Notes under the pieces: generated by a model | Database searches by the model: none | What the model saw: only the letters and a program-made list of their open reading frames with translations | What the model was told of the DNA's origin: nothing | NCBI GenBank assembly: GCA_951406725.2 | Contig: OX597822.1 | Span: 83,824,001-83,888,000, forward strand | Length of the DNA stretch: 64,000 nucleotides | Direction of reading: 5' to 3' | Source of the DNA: Octopus vulgaris | Lineage: Eukaryota | Shown here: positions 41,070-55,998 of the stretch, one piece after another | Numbering within the stretch: the first letter of the stretch is position 1 | How the letters are laid out: every line of letters starts with the position of its first letter | Position numbers and translations under genes: made by a program

Positions 41070-41480
41070 GGGCGGTGAGATGGCAGAAACGTTAGCACGC
41101 CTGGCGAAATGCGTAGCCGTATTTCGTCTGTCGATCCGTTCCGAGTTCAAATTCCGCCGAGGTCGACTTTGCCTTTCATCCTTTCGGGGTCGCTAAATTA
41201 AGTACCAGTGATACACTGAGGTCGATATAATCGACTTAATCCGTTTGTCTGTCCTTGTTTGTCCCCTCTGTGTTTAGCCCCTTGTGGGTAATAAAGAAAT
41301 AGGTATTTCGTCTGCCGTTACGTTCTGAGTTCAAATTCCGCCGAGGTCGACTTTGCCTTTCATCCTTTCGGGGTCGATTAAGTACCAGTTATACACTGAG
41401 GTCGATATAATCGACTTAATCCCTTTGTCTGACCTTGTTTGTCCCCTCTGTGTTTAGCCCCTTGTGGGTAATAAAGAAAT
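41070..41480 (+). mobile_element. SINE family A dimer
   Basis: Same two-unit architecture as 618-1032. Confidence 0.92.
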
Positions 41481-41800
41481 ATATATATGGTATGTGTGTG
41501 TGGGTAAACACGCACGGCACACACACACACATGCATGCATACTATAATATACTTAGTATGCGAGGCTCCGATGAAGATATCAGTTGTTACTCAGGCACAT
41601 TTGCATAGCAGAAACAGCTCTAAGCTAATGCAGTTCATAAGACAATCGTTTATTCCTCTGTCATATCAATTTCTTAATGTACAGCTCCGTTTCGTAACGC
41701 GTGTATATTTGAGTTTTAACACCAGCTTATTAAGTATCACTAATGGCCCAGGGAACAGTTTAAAACACATACATGCATCTATCCAGCCATCCATGCATGC

Positions 41801-41865
<65 letters not shown>

Positions 41866-41866
<1 letters not shown>

Positions 41867-42052
41867 TGTTACTCTTTACTCTTTTACTTGTTTCAGTCAT
41901 TTGACTGCGGCCATGCTGAGGCACCGCCCTTAATCGAGCAACTAGACCTCGGGACTTATTCTTTTGTAAGCACAGTACTTATTCTATCGGTCTCCTTTTG
42001 CAGAACCGCTAGGTAACGGGGACATAAACACACCAGCATCGGTTGTCAAGCC
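41866..42052 (-). mobile_element. SINE family B, 3' half
   Basis: Reverse complement of the tail segment. Confidence 0.82.
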
Positions 42053-42139
42053 GTGCCGCATTTCACTGACGCCTCACTTTTCACTACGCTTTTCTGTTTT
42101 AAACACACACGCACACGCATATACACACACAAACACATT

Positions 42140-42346
42140 TGTATATAGTATATGTGCATATGTTTGTGTATATAAAATATGTATATATAAATATATAGTA
42201 TATGTATATATGTATATATAAATACCTAGTGTATATGCGTATATATATAGTATGTATATACATATATATATATATATATATTATATATATGTGTGTATAT
42301 ATTTATATAATATATATATATATATAGTATATATATAGTATATATT

Positions 42347-42393
<47 letters not shown>

Positions 42394-42825
42394 ATGTATA
42401 TATATATAGTATATATATATATTATATAAATATATATATATATAGTATAAATATGTATATATATATATATATAGTATAAATGTGTATATATATATAGTAT
42501 AAATATGTATATATATATATATATAGTATAAATGTGTATATATATATAGTATAAATATGTATATATATATATATAGTATAAATGTGTATATATATATATA
42601 GTATATATGTGTATATATTTATATAATATATATATATATTATTTTTAAAGGTCCCCTATATTAGACGGTCGCTCACGAATGGGGAATATATATATATACA
42701 GATATACATACATATATATATATACCATATAGGTATATATATATGAATATACGTATATATGTATATATATATGCATATGTATATGTATATATACATATAT
42801 GTGTGCATATATATATACATATATA

Positions 42826-42890
<65 letters not shown>
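42140..42890. repeat. Degenerate (TA)n/(TG)n field
   Basis: Directly visible. Confidence 0.9.
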
Positions 42891-42891
<1 letters not shown>

Positions 42892-43065
42892 ATATTTATA
42901 ATGAGAATGTACACAATTAAAAACATAACACTTTACCAATTTGCTGCAGTTATATGTGTGAAGGAATTCATGTATGGTGTCACAAAAGGTAATATAACAC
43001 CATCAGTAGAATACATTGAAATTAGACTTGCACTCGTATTATACGTGCATAGTAAATGTAGGTTA

Positions 43066-43211
<146 letters not shown>

Positions 43212-44979
43212 CGTGTGTTATCTTTCTGTATGTATGTTGTTGCCACGTTGTAAACACGACTGCGCTCTTGTAGCATTCTGAATAATGATTTTGCTCAAGA
43301 TGAAGAGATTTGGGAATGTGAAGCGACCCACAAATCTTATGTTGCCAACGAAATTCGAATTTTGTCCGTCGGGTTTCTGGGCCACGAATCTTATGTATAA
43401 TTTGATTTGCGGTAAAAAAATATATTATTTCTTGTTGATATTTTTATATTCTGATGTTTGTTAAGTATTTCTGGCTTCGTTAGTTCCCTAATTTTGCGAG
43501 ACATTTTGCAGTGTATACATTTCTACTCCATCAAGCGATTTTGTGTTATTTTTTGTAGTAAAGTACCTGGAGACTTGCAATGTATATTTATAAAGTTGTA
43601 TATCTATATCCAATGAATTGAAGTCATGCATTTTCCAACATTGACATCCAGAACGGAAATTATAAATCACATTTGGATGGCATACCCGTGATTTGTTATT
43701 AATTACTCTAGTGTTTTGCTAACATGAAATACTTTTATTTTATTCTGTTTTGTTTTGACGTTTGATTCTATGTATTTGACTCAAGCATCAGTGATAACTG
43801 TACCTGTGGTCTTGTGTAGTTTTGTGTTACTTTACGTGTTATTAGGGTTTATGACGCTGGAAGAGGGTGAGTTCCGCACGGTTAGAGACAGTCCTTACCT
43901 TCAATGAATGGCCAGGATCCTCTTTGGCCCCTAACCCTACCTGACGTATAGCTCCACGGGTGCCGGAGGATACGGCAGAGAGTATACCCTGATTCCTGGT
44001 TTCGACTGACCAGCTAAACTGCATGAGTGGGCGCAAGGACTGTGCCTCAAGGTGAAAATAGCTCTCCCTAAATTACGAAACTTTGAAGGGTGGAGACTGC
44101 AAAAGAATGAAGAAGGTCATTGGGAGAGTGGAGATCCAGAAGACGACACTAGCAATTCATTGTGAAAGGAACTGGCACCTCAACACGAAATGCCAATGAT
44201 GGTCCAAATAAAAGGAACCACTAAGGGAACCGGAGAGAATTGGCAAACCGTCCCGTGATTGGGTGCCTTGGTTTGGCCCCTGGTAGATGATCATCATGTG
44301 TGGACACCTTATATATAATAGTTGTATTGATTGCCGTATTTATAATTGAATAATTGTGCTTGTATTCTTCTGTGAGTTGGTCTTTCAATTTGTAGGAATA
44401 ATTTTTGTAGACCAATTTCAGTTATATTTGTAATTCTATGTTCTTTGTGACTGAGTTCTGTTATATAGGCCCATATAAACGATCTTCAAATTAGAAGATA
44501 TTTTCTAAATATCTCGACATGCGCAGTGTCTATTTAAATACATGCAGTTCTTTGTGCATTGGGTTTCAATGAATAAATATAAACTTGTTATTTCCTACCT
44601 AAATGTTTATTTAGAAATTGAACTTTATTTGTTCATTCGTGATTAAATATTTAAATGATAGAATTTCATGCATTTTTTCTTTCATTTCTCAACGTACATC
44701 GCAACTTCCATTACGGCAAATGTCATTCACATATCAAGGTTATATTGTATACTTAAGTAGCGTATATGCACACAAACATACTTTCATACACACACACACG
44801 CATACACATATATATACACACGTATATTTATATATACACATATATGTGAATATATATATACTTATATATATATATATATATATATATATGGATGGATGGA
44901 TGGATGGATGGATGCATGTATGTATGTATGTGTGTATGCATGTATGTATGTATATATGTATGAATGAATGTATGTATAT

Positions 44980-45135
44980 CATTCTCTATTTATTTCCTCA
45001 TATTCCTTTCTGTTAAAGAACGTAGGCTCGAAATGTAAAAGACTTATTTAATTTTTCCTGAGCGTCAAACTAATACACTTACTTGTTGTTCCTACACCCG
45101 TTTTCGTCTTTTGTTTTTCTACAAGTCTGAACTAT
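44980..45135 (+). mobile_element. PLE-type pLTR remnant, degenerate HHR-like motif at 45006-45041
   Basis: CTTT-CTGTTAAA-GAACGTAGGCTC-GAAA-TGTA-AAAG; homologous to 23800-23957. Confidence 0.55.
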
Positions 45136-45164
45136 ATACATACATACATACATATATATATATT

Positions 45165-45220
<56 letters not shown>

Positions 45221-46194
45221 CTTGTATAAACTTATATATATATATACATACATATATACTTATATATATATATATATACATATATATATACATACTTGTA
45301 TAAATACATACTTGTATGTATATATATATACATACATACATACATACATCGACATTTTATATATACATCTAAGCTGGCGAATCAACACGTTCTTACTCGA
45401 TTTCTCTCTTGATTCTGTCCTTCGTTCTCCCCTAAATGGTACGTATTAATATTAATGTATAAATGTTAATAATTTCACTAACATAGCATATTTTATTTAC
45501 TACTTTACTAGTATAATAATGGTTATTTAATGTCCAGAGTGTGTATTAGAAAATCCCATATACGTTTAATCTTGCTAGTCATGAACGGTAAAGAAATATA
45601 AGCAAAAATTGCAATTCCCTTTACGCGTATGAATATAGTGATATATTTCACAGCAACTTCGCCTTTGTTTCAGAGACCAAAGCTGCCCACGAAGAGAACT
45701 CCATAAACAGACAACTACCTGAATTACGCTGACTAATTAGCACGGTGTTAATTTACCAAAGTAATTGTCAAGTAATAAATAAATATCTTTTGCATAAGCA
45801 TCCTGTATTCTGTAGTTTATTATTCCTACATTGTGGAAAGTATACAGATTGAAATACTTCATGTCATTTTCCCGGCAGATTGAAAACTAAAAGGAGCAAT
45901 CTTGACAGCTTCTATAGTTGTTGTTCTAATGATAAGTACCCCTTTAAAAAATCGTAGTCAGCCAGCATTTAAATCAAGACAAGTAAAGAAGCTTAATGAA
46001 ATGACATTTTTCTTGCAAAGTAGTAATCAGTAACTGGATAAAATAATAAATGAATACAAAAATGTTTAAATAAATTTCAGATTTATCAATTCAAATCTTC
46101 CGAATCGTATAATGTTTTAAATGAAGCACAGTAGATACCATTGTTCTTCGCTCGGAGAAGAATATAAAAACATGATGTTCCGCTTTGAAATGTA

Positions 46195-46370
46195 TTTAGA
46201 GCTTTAGCGTTCAAACCAGCCAGATCTAGCCTCTCACACCTATCCTACAATGTCATTGTAAAATTTAATAATCATATTGAAATCTCATCTGCAAGATTAC
46301 GCATTATCTATTGAAGACAATGTGAATAAACATTTTATTTGACAGAGAAATCTGATTGTTAACGAGTTAA
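46195..46370. mobile_element. Possible decayed MITE (TTAA/piggyBac-type ends)
   Basis: Left CTTTAGCGTTCAAA and right CTGATTGTTAACGAGTTAA are weakly complementary. Confidence 0.3.
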
Positions 46371-46702
46371 ACAAATGTTGAAGCTGGTTTTCTTCTCCGA
46401 GGATAGAAGGGCTTCTCTGTAAAACTTTGAAGAACCAGTCGTGGAATATCCCTGGAAACTATTTTCCTCTGGACAGAAAGAATAAAAGAGCTTATGTGCA
46501 TTTGAATAGGTTGTACTGCGTGGGTGTTATAAACCATATAAAATACGTTCTGTATAATTATTCATGTTTGTATGAGACATATATATATATATATATACAT
46601 AATAATAATATTAGGGAGTAAATCCAATACATTTCTATGTAATGGCTTATGATTTTCACTGTTTGATTTGCCTAATAGTGGTTTTATCTCTAATTTAATA
46701 TG

Positions 46703-46734
<32 letters not shown>

Positions 46735-46737
46735 ATA

Positions 46738-46799
<62 letters not shown>

Positions 46800-46805
<6 letters not shown>

Positions 46806-47049
46806 GAGAGAGAGAGAGAGAGAGAGGGTGGTGCAAAAGTAGGTGAACTGTTATGAACAAAGAAAACACGTACAATACCCATTAATTTTTATTTAAAAAC
46901 ATTGAAATTATAGTTATGATAAATGTGTTATTATGGTTAATGACACTGAAAATATCAAAAAATGATGCTAGCTTATTTAATGTGCTAATAATTTTAATGA
47001 ACTAAGTATCATAACATTGCTGTATACCAACTTTTTCACCCCACTGTAT
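46800..47049. mobile_element. Tc1/mariner-type MITE with (GA)n expansion inside the left TIR
   Basis: TACAG[(AG)n]GGTGGTGCAAAAGTAGGT versus reverse complement of the right end TACAGTGGGGTGAAAAAGTTGGT. Confidence 0.55.
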
Positions 47050-47415
47050 ATGAATGATTCATGCAGACACACGCACATACACACATACAGACATACTTGT
47101 GTTAATTATATTTAAATCACACTGTAATAAAGAAAAAAAATGCCACTCTATATAATCTGTATTCTATTAAATATATATTATTGCTTTTGTTTTGACAACA
47201 ATCATCTTGATTTGTTTCACACTCATGATTCCAGTTTATTTGTCCAAGGGCTGTGGTTTTAATTATATTCGCTTTTTCATTAGATGGAATTACTATATTT
47301 TCTGATACGGCACATGTCTATGTAACGTGTAATTAATATGGTCATCGTCCTCGAATACGCATGCATACATACATACATACATACATACATACATACATAC
47401 ATACATACACACATA

Positions 47416-47484
<69 letters not shown>

Positions 47485-47618
47485 ATATATATATATATTG
47501 GCCCGCTCGCTTAGCCAGTGGGATGGCGTCATTTGAAGGTTAAAACAATGCGAAGCGCATTGTGACCAGCGATATGTAGCAACATCTGATAGCTTGGTCG
47601 GTCACGGTGATCACGGTG

Positions 47619-47658
<40 letters not shown>

Positions 47659-47669
47659 TTTATTAACTG

Positions 47670-47719
<50 letters not shown>

Positions 47720-49189
47720 GTTCGTATGCTTCTATACAGCTAGTGATATAAGTCGATGAGACCCTGATTTTTACATTTTATTTTCGTATTTTTCACAATT
47801 TTACAATATTACATACTGTGATATAGCAAGTAGTTTCATGCCTTCTGAAATGTTCAGATTTATATAGTAGCAGTATTTAAAAGACAGTTATGTTTCGCAG
47901 TTGATAACTAATGTGGAGTGCTTGAAGTTATCCTTTAAATACTTTCCAGTACGCTCTGGCAAGCTGTATTTTACCAACTGTACTTTGCACCAACCAAATA
48001 GTTATACAAACAATCTACACCAGGTTCTGCTTGATAAGGCTTTAAATAACATGTTAATCATAGCTTTTGTATTCTCCACATTGGGCGACTTCCAGTAAAG
48101 GCAGTTAATAAACGATTGCATTATGATTTCCATTGAATTTTACTTCCCTGTTTTTCGTTTACGCTTAACTGCACTGGAATATTGAACATTTCGAACCAGT
48201 TGTTATAGTCGATCTTAAAATATAAAATCACTCACAGGAAATTAGGTGTCAATCATTAGAGCAACCAAATGTATATTATATTAAATGTTTCTAGATAAAC
48301 TGTAAAGTACAACATATTTGTTAGTGTGATAGTGTTTAATAACCAAACGGTACATATGTTGGTCTCATCTCAATTAATGACATATTTTTGCACAGCAACC
48401 ATTTAAATAAACAGATATATTTTCTTCATAGCAGCCCAAATCGCACGAAATATATACATCTTTCTTAGTGATCGTAATTCATAGAAAGAATCGTGATGTC
48501 ATTTTCGGAAGATTAATATAGAAAATACTAAAGACCTTTCTTTACTTGACATGAACAGAAGTAAATTTTAGTTTCTCTTATTTGCTTTTGCATTATGTGC
48601 AGACTCACTCATACAAATGGTTTAAAATATTATAGAAAAATGTGTGTACATATGTAAAACTACATTTTCTTATTTGAATTGTTCATATTCTTTTTCTTTT
48701 GTCTATGTATTATGTAACGCATTTCTGAATGAAATAGATTCCGCTTAAAAAGACAACGAGAAAAATATTCTTTCAGTGTATACTCTCTTAATAACTCCAA
48801 TTATGAAATAAGACTATTCACTTCTTATTGTCATTGAGCTTTCTTATAAAAGTGTTATATGCGTTAACAAATTGGAGTACATTTTATTTCCTTAAAACGT
48901 GAAAATCTACAACGACGCCAGATAATTTTATCTCCTCTCAAATAGAATAGATTTGTTCGTTTAATAATTCGATCTGTGTTAAACACGGACAGTGCAGTAG
49001 AATTTCCAGACCCTAACTGAAAGAAATCCAAATCTACTTGGAAAGGTTAATGTTCAGTTTCAACCTATTGGAACTCAATTGTTAAGAACAGAATGATGAT
49101 TGGGGGCGTAGGAGGGAATGCAGTAAAATATGGAGGAATGAAATATATGTGGAGGACATTATTTAGCTTTTTAACATATAAACCAGATC

Positions 49190-49591
49190 AAGGTGGCGAG
49201 CTGGCAAAAACGTTAATACACCTGCGAAAGGCTTAGCGGTATTACGTCTACCGCTACGATCTGAGTTCAAATTCCGCCGAGGTCGACTTTGCCTGTCATC
49301 CTTTCGGGGTCGATAAATTAAGTACCAGTGAAACACTGGGGTCGATATAATCGACTTAATCCGTTTGTGTGTCCTTGTTTGTCCTCTCTGTGTTTAGCCC
49401 CTTGTGGGTAGTAAAGAAATAGGTATTTCGTCTGTCTTTACGTTCTGGGTTCAAATTCCGCCGTGGTCGACTTTGCCTTGCATCGTTTCGGGCTCAATAA
49501 ATTAAGTACCAGTTACGTAATGGGGTCGATCTAATCGACTGCCCCCCTCCCCCAAAAAATTTTGGGCCTTGTGCCTAGAGAAGAAAAGAAT
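49190..49591 (+). mobile_element. SINE family A dimer with two different tails
   Basis: First unit ends GCCCCTTGTGGGTAGTAAAGAAATA; second ends GGGCCTTGTGCCTAGAGAAGAAAAGAA. Confidence 0.9.
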
Positions 49592-49799
49592 ATATGCACC
49601 AGACCAGGAAATATTATATTACTGTAACTTATTTTGTAGACTCGCAGAATGACGGAAAGTCAATTCATCGGCGATGTTGCAGAAACTTGAAGATGACTTA
49701 TTAAACAGCAGAAGAATATTGATCAACCACACTGCTGCTCTTGTCTCTTAATAGCGATACGATATCTGAATATTATTGATATACATATTAATGCTATTA

Positions 49800-49849
49800 C
49801 TATTTATACATAATATATATGCATGTATACGTACATATATCTATATATC

Positions 49850-49907
<58 letters not shown>

Positions 49908-49912
49908 TAGAT

Positions 49913-49969
<57 letters not shown>

Positions 49970-49989
49970 TACATATACATATACATATA

Positions 49990-50028
<39 letters not shown>

Positions 50029-50160
50029 GTATGCATATATATGTGTGTATATATATATATATACATATACATATACATATAGATGTATATATATATATAT
50101 ACATATACATATAAATATACATATAGGTGTATATATATATGTATATATATATATATCCAA

Positions 50161-50191
<31 letters not shown>

Positions 50192-50240
50192 TTGTAAATA
50201 TATCATATACATAAATATAATATATATATATATATACACA
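49800..50240. repeat. (TA)n-derived field
   Basis: Directly visible. Confidence 0.9.
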
Positions 50241-51363
50241 CAGTCATGTGACAATATTGGTTTGTGCTTGCATGTGTATGTGTTCCTACATACGTACACA
50301 ATATAGTATTTATTCCGCATGATTTCAGGAAATTAATACATTTAGTATGTATTTATATATAAAACATTGTAGTAGTTTCTGTGTGCGTGCTTTGTGTGTA
50401 AATATGTATGTGCTTACACACACACACATATGTATTTTTATATTCTATTTTATCTTTAAATAAACATTCCACCTGAATGAATACATTCATAAGCTTCAAG
50501 CTCCTATGTAATAAATTCTATCAAATAAGATTACACCCATATATAAATATTTATTTAAATTAATCTCTGTATGATTTTTAACGTCAAAGAGATTGCTATA
50601 CGATTAGTATGCGATTGCAAGTAATAAGATGTTGATCTCGTTTCAGTGCGCACAAAGACCTGCCTAGCTGGAGAAAGATAACTAATGCAATGCTGGGAAT
50701 CATTGCGATATACCGCTAGCACTAAGGGTTGTAATTGTGTAGTTATTAAGCTCTCAATACTGTCACTTGATCCAATGTTATTCCCAAGTATATGACACTT
50801 CGGACAGGCATCAACCAAGCACTCTGAGTTAAACTGGGCTAAGTTAAACAGCACTTGAATCCGTTGTCCTAACACGGCCAGCTGAACTCTTGGCTCCATT
50901 TAATGGATCTACACTCTTCTACAAACATGCAGACCAAGCTTCTGACTTGTAACTCCCTTTCTCAATTCTTCCAGTCAATAAGTCCGTTAGGAGCTTCCCA
51001 AATAATTCATAGTTCTTGTGACGTCAACTACTGGTTGTAAAACATGTACGACATAAACTGGTTAACTCTACAGACGTAAGCAAATGGAAGATTACAGTGC
51101 TAATATTTATAGAAGATAGGAAATGGGACGAAACATCGAAACATTTATGTTTTTCCTAAGCCAATACGCACTTTAAATGAAATGGTTTCAACCACTTAAC
51201 GCACCTGGATGGGAATGCTGATTCCTCCACTCTCTAAAGTTCTCTCCGTGAGACACATACGTCGTTATTATGAGAAAGTGCCGACCCGAAGTCAATTATT
51301 CTATTAACGCATTGCTATGTATATCTGCCTTGAAGTATTGAAGTCATTGATTTATGCCCGAAA

Positions 51364-51441
51364 TAAGTTTCGATCGATTGTTTGACTGATTGATGCATTG
51401 TATAAGTTTCGATCGATTGTTTGACTGATCGATGCATTGTA
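51364..51441 (+). repeat. 38-bp tandem duplication
   Basis: TAAGTTTCGATCGATTGTTTGACTGAT(T/C)GATGCATTGTA present twice. Confidence 0.9.
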
Positions 51442-52308
51442 TTCAGAGCACGAAAACTAATTCGCTATCTGTTTTTGACCAAATATCGCTTTACTTGAGA
51501 AAGCATTTGAGTCTATGCGAGGTCACCTGATTTCATAAAATAAAAAGGTGGAATGGTGTAATGAATTGAATGCCTGTAATCCCAGGGCTGCTCATTCAAG
51601 TCTAGTCTAAGCTAAACAACTCCACCACCACCACCACTACCACCATGACCACAACCACCACAGCAACAACAACAATAACAACAACAGAAATGCAACGGCA
51701 GCAACAACATTATGATAGAACTTCTACACGCTCGCTCAACCAGCTGGAATTGACAATCAAACCTTCTTAAAATACCAGTCTTTATTTTAAAACTACATTA
51801 GATACTGTAACCCTGGTTAACTCTAACCCAAAGGGCCAAAGTTGAAGAGTTGTAGTCCTCAGGCATCTTCAATCACAGATGACCTGGATCTAAAAGTCAA
51901 CAAACATTCTACATCAACAGCATCATCAGAGTACTAAACATTATCAGAATACAAAAACACTCTATTCTGATCTCCGAATCAAGCCATCCTGTAGGAGGTC
52001 TGGGATCGACCAAAAAGAAGATGATTGCATATATTTTGTCTCAGTTGATTAAACTTGGGGTTACAGCCGAAAGTATAATAACGATAGCTTCCGATAGGAC
52101 CCTGTCAACGAGGTGCTTGAAGACCATAATCCCACGATCCTTCAAGGAATACTGGATGGATGGATGAATGGATGGATGGATGGATGGATGGATGGATTGA
52201 TGGATCGATAGATGGTCCATCTTCCAATGCTCTAACAAACTGGCTTTGAGTGTTCTGCAATAAGTTTTTAGAGTAAGCATTAGAAAATCTTTCAGCTTTG
52301 TAATATCA

Positions 52309-52507
52309 TTTCTACAATAGACATGAGATCTGAAATTTGTGGGTGTGGGGGTAGTCGATTACATTGAGCTAAATGCTCAACTGGTACTTATTTTATTGAC
52401 GCCGAAAGATTGGAAAACAAAGTCGGTCTCGGCGAAATTTGAGTTCAGAACTTAAATATGCTGCTAAGCACTTTGTCCGGCAACGATTCTGCAAGCTTGC
52501 CGCCTTC
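52309..52507 (-). mobile_element. SINE family A with 18-bp TSD
   Basis: TTCAGCTTTGTAATATCA at 52291-52308 and 52508-52525. Confidence 0.88.
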
Positions 52508-53205
52508 TTCAGCTTTGTAATATCACTCAGTGTTCTTTGGTAATAACCAAATTCTGAATATCGCTCTAAAAGGAAGTCATCTGTTTAATGTGTGAGTCAT
52601 GCAGAGATCACTAGAAAAGAAAATCTTTTCAATCATTTGCGTTTATATTGTGTACCTCACCAAGTTTACATATAGACAAATGGGGGTCCCTTCATTAAAT
52701 ATCAATATTATTTAATTGTGTTCGTTTAAGGACGGTATTTTGTTTGAATGTTGTAAAAGCACTGCAGGATCAACTTTTGTCATTCTGATACCTTGATCCG
52801 GTTCAGATTTCACAGCTAAAGCCAATTTATTGTATGATATTTGTTAATAAGAACGCAGCTGATCCAGGCGATGGAATGAAGAATAATAGACTGAAAGTCG
52901 ATGGCTTGTGTCTAATTAACACCGCTGAGCTGAGTATGTATGGCAAAAACACTTTACTTTCAATGAAGAAATTCCTCAAACTCCTTTTGATGGTTGCAAG
53001 TTGATCTAGTTAATCTTTTTAAGCAGTGAGAGCATTGCAAAATGGGTGAGTGTTACGTTAGATTAACAAAATGACTTCAACACACACTATAACTTTCAAA
53101 ATGAAATATGAGAATTTTCACATAAATACCGGTCCAAATGTCCGAAAAATAAGGATTCTTTAAAATATGTCAATATGTTCATGTGTTTGAGACATGTAAG
53201 AATAT

Positions 53206-53402
53206 TCTTTTCTATTCTAGGCACAAGGCCCGAAACTTTGGGGGAGAGGGGCAGTCGATTAGATCGACCTCAGTAAGCAACTGGTATTTAAATTATCAAC
53301 TCCAAAAGGATGAAAAGCAAACTCGACCTCGGGGGAATTTGAACTCAGAACGTAGGCAGACGAAATACCGCTAAGCATTTCGCCCGGCATACTAACGTTT
53401 CT
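53206..53402 (-). mobile_element. SINE family A with degenerate TSD
   Basis: Flanked by ACATGTAAGAATATT / ACATGTAAGGATATT. Confidence 0.85.
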
Positions 53403-54056
53403 TAACATGTAAGGATATTACATTCCTTCCATCCTCATCTTTATATATACTAAAGGTGATGATTTTTAATGCTGGACTTTGAATACTGATTTGCATGTGT
53501 AATTTCATTTCTTAATAAAAACATTTCTACTTTCAGCGAGGAACAGCTAAAAGAGGGGAAACTAGGAGATGATTGATAATTCAACATTTTGAATATTGTT
53601 TATTTTCAGACGGGATATTTTATCATATTGTATGATATGACTAGAACTGCATTGATCTAGCACATGATTGAATCAGAATACTTTACTGAGGAGGTCTAAA
53701 AAAAACTGAACCATGTCTGGAATTATCAGCCTTCTCCGCTAAATATTAGACTATCATCTTCCTCACTATATTAAACTTATGTTCTATGTTCCAGTAACGG
53801 AACTCTGATGCTTCAACTCATCATAAGCATTCTTTACGATATCAGTATGTTCCCGCTGTCGTTTATAGGTTCAATTAATCATTCTTCAGCAATGTTTACC
53901 TCTCCTCAATAATTATCGAATTAAAATCACATCCTGCCCACCTTCTTAAGTATGTTGACACGTACTCTGGTTTAAGTCCGAAATTCACCGAATCAGTGAA
54001 AATTAGTATTATCACATATATGTACATTACATGTATGTGTATATGTATCTGTGCAT

Positions 54057-54116
<60 letters not shown>

Positions 54117-54522
54117 GTTTAAATATTTGTTGTGCAACAACAACAAAAACAAAATACAAATTACATGAATGTATATAAACAGAAGATACAAATATTACAG
54201 GCATCCCCCCACACACACACGCTAAATAAACATAGACGCACATAGAGATATAAGCATGCGCAAATGAAGACATACAATAGAAATACAAAATGGCTGACGG
54301 TTAGTAAGGAGAGACACAAATATGAAAGAAGAAAACAAAGGACCACTGATGCGGTCACAGGAGTGTGACGAAAGAACTCTGGCCGAAATAAGATTAAGAT
54401 TAATGTAAAAAATAAATATCACTGAAGCAAAATAACACCAAATATATAGTGCGTGTGTTTTTATTGGCTAAACTGGCAATATGACCATTCCGAAATATAA
54501 CAATATATATATATATATATAC

Positions 54523-54588
<66 letters not shown>

Positions 54589-54704
54589 CATTATATAATT
54601 AGGGCTTAGTAAAATAATTTAATTACGCCTTAAATGGTCCATTTACATACTGAACACTACTTGGTGAAATTGATTAATAACTAATTAATTTTACGCTCAA
54701 TTAT

Positions 54705-54755
<51 letters not shown>

Positions 54756-54822
54756 TACATCTATATATATATGCATACAAACACACACATATATATATAT
54801 ATATATATGTCTAGATATATAT

Positions 54823-55017
54823 AGGCGCAGGCGTGGGTATGTAGCAAGAAACTTGCTTCCCAACCACATGGTTCCAGGTTCAATCCCACTGCATGAGACC
54901 TTGGACAAGTGTCTTCTACTATACCCTCGGGCCGACTAAAGCTTTGTGAGTAGATTTGGTAGACAGAGACTGAAAGAAGCCCGTCGTAAATATATATATA
55001 CATATATGTGTGTGTGT

Positions 55018-55054
<37 letters not shown>

Positions 55055-55266
55055 TGCGTGTGTTTCTTTCTGTATTTGTCCTCCCACCCTCACTTGACAA
55101 CGATGTTGGTGTGTTTATGTCACCGTAACTTAGCGGTTCGGCAAAATAGAACGATAGAATAAGTACTAGTCTTACATAGAATAAGTCCTAGGGTCGATTT
55201 GTTCGACTAAAGGCGGGTCTCCAGCATGGCCGCAGTCAAATGGCTGAAACAAGTAAAAGAATAAAG
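54823..55266 (+). mobile_element. SINE family B
   Basis: Head, internal TA/TG tract and tail. Confidence 0.9.
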
Positions 55267-55286
55267 GCATATTTACATGTATATTC

Positions 55287-55349
<63 letters not shown>

Positions 55350-55519
55350 TGTATCTATGTGTGTGTGTATAAATACATACAAACATACATACATACATGC
55401 ATACATACATACATGCATAAATACATACATACATACGTACATACATACATGCATGCATGCATACATACATACATACATACATACATACATACATACATAC
55501 ATACATGCATACATACATA

Positions 55520-55998
55520 CACAGGGCGGCGCACGTAAAAGTATCCCGTGCTCGCTAGCGTACTGTAACTACAGAAATAACTTTACACGTAGGAAAACGC
55601 CTTCAACCTTTCATTTGCAAGTCTCATTGGTTTAGTTCAGCTGAACAACGATAGCGCATTGGGCGATTTTTTTGACTACGTTATCCTCACCGCAACCACA
55701 CCACATTAGTTGATTGTAAAATTGCATTGAGTAGAATATCTTTAGCCTTTTCTGTAGGGTGACTTACTCAGTAGCGAAGAGAGTGAAGATTATGGGAACG
55801 TGAAAACGGGTTTTGTTAAGCAAATACGTACAATTTTTGAAGTCTAGTTTTCGGGTTAAATTTTACCTGCGAAGAGAACGATACGAATGTTGATTAAGGA
55901 GTCACTACACAACGCCCCAGAACAAAGACACCTACAGTTCGAACGCCGTTCAGTTTCCTTTTATGAAGTTTCCTGACATGTTTTGGGGTGATCTGTAT
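55520..55998 (+). mobile_element. Internally deleted Tc1/mariner-superfamily remnant (N-terminal HTH)
   Basis: CAGGGCGGC start and CTGTA end; fragments YSVAKRVKIM and LPAKRTIRMLIK. Confidence 0.35.

Noticed and set aside
50555-50899. 114-codon minus-strand ORF with CPKCH
   Set aside because: No family assignable; possibly an old TE remnant
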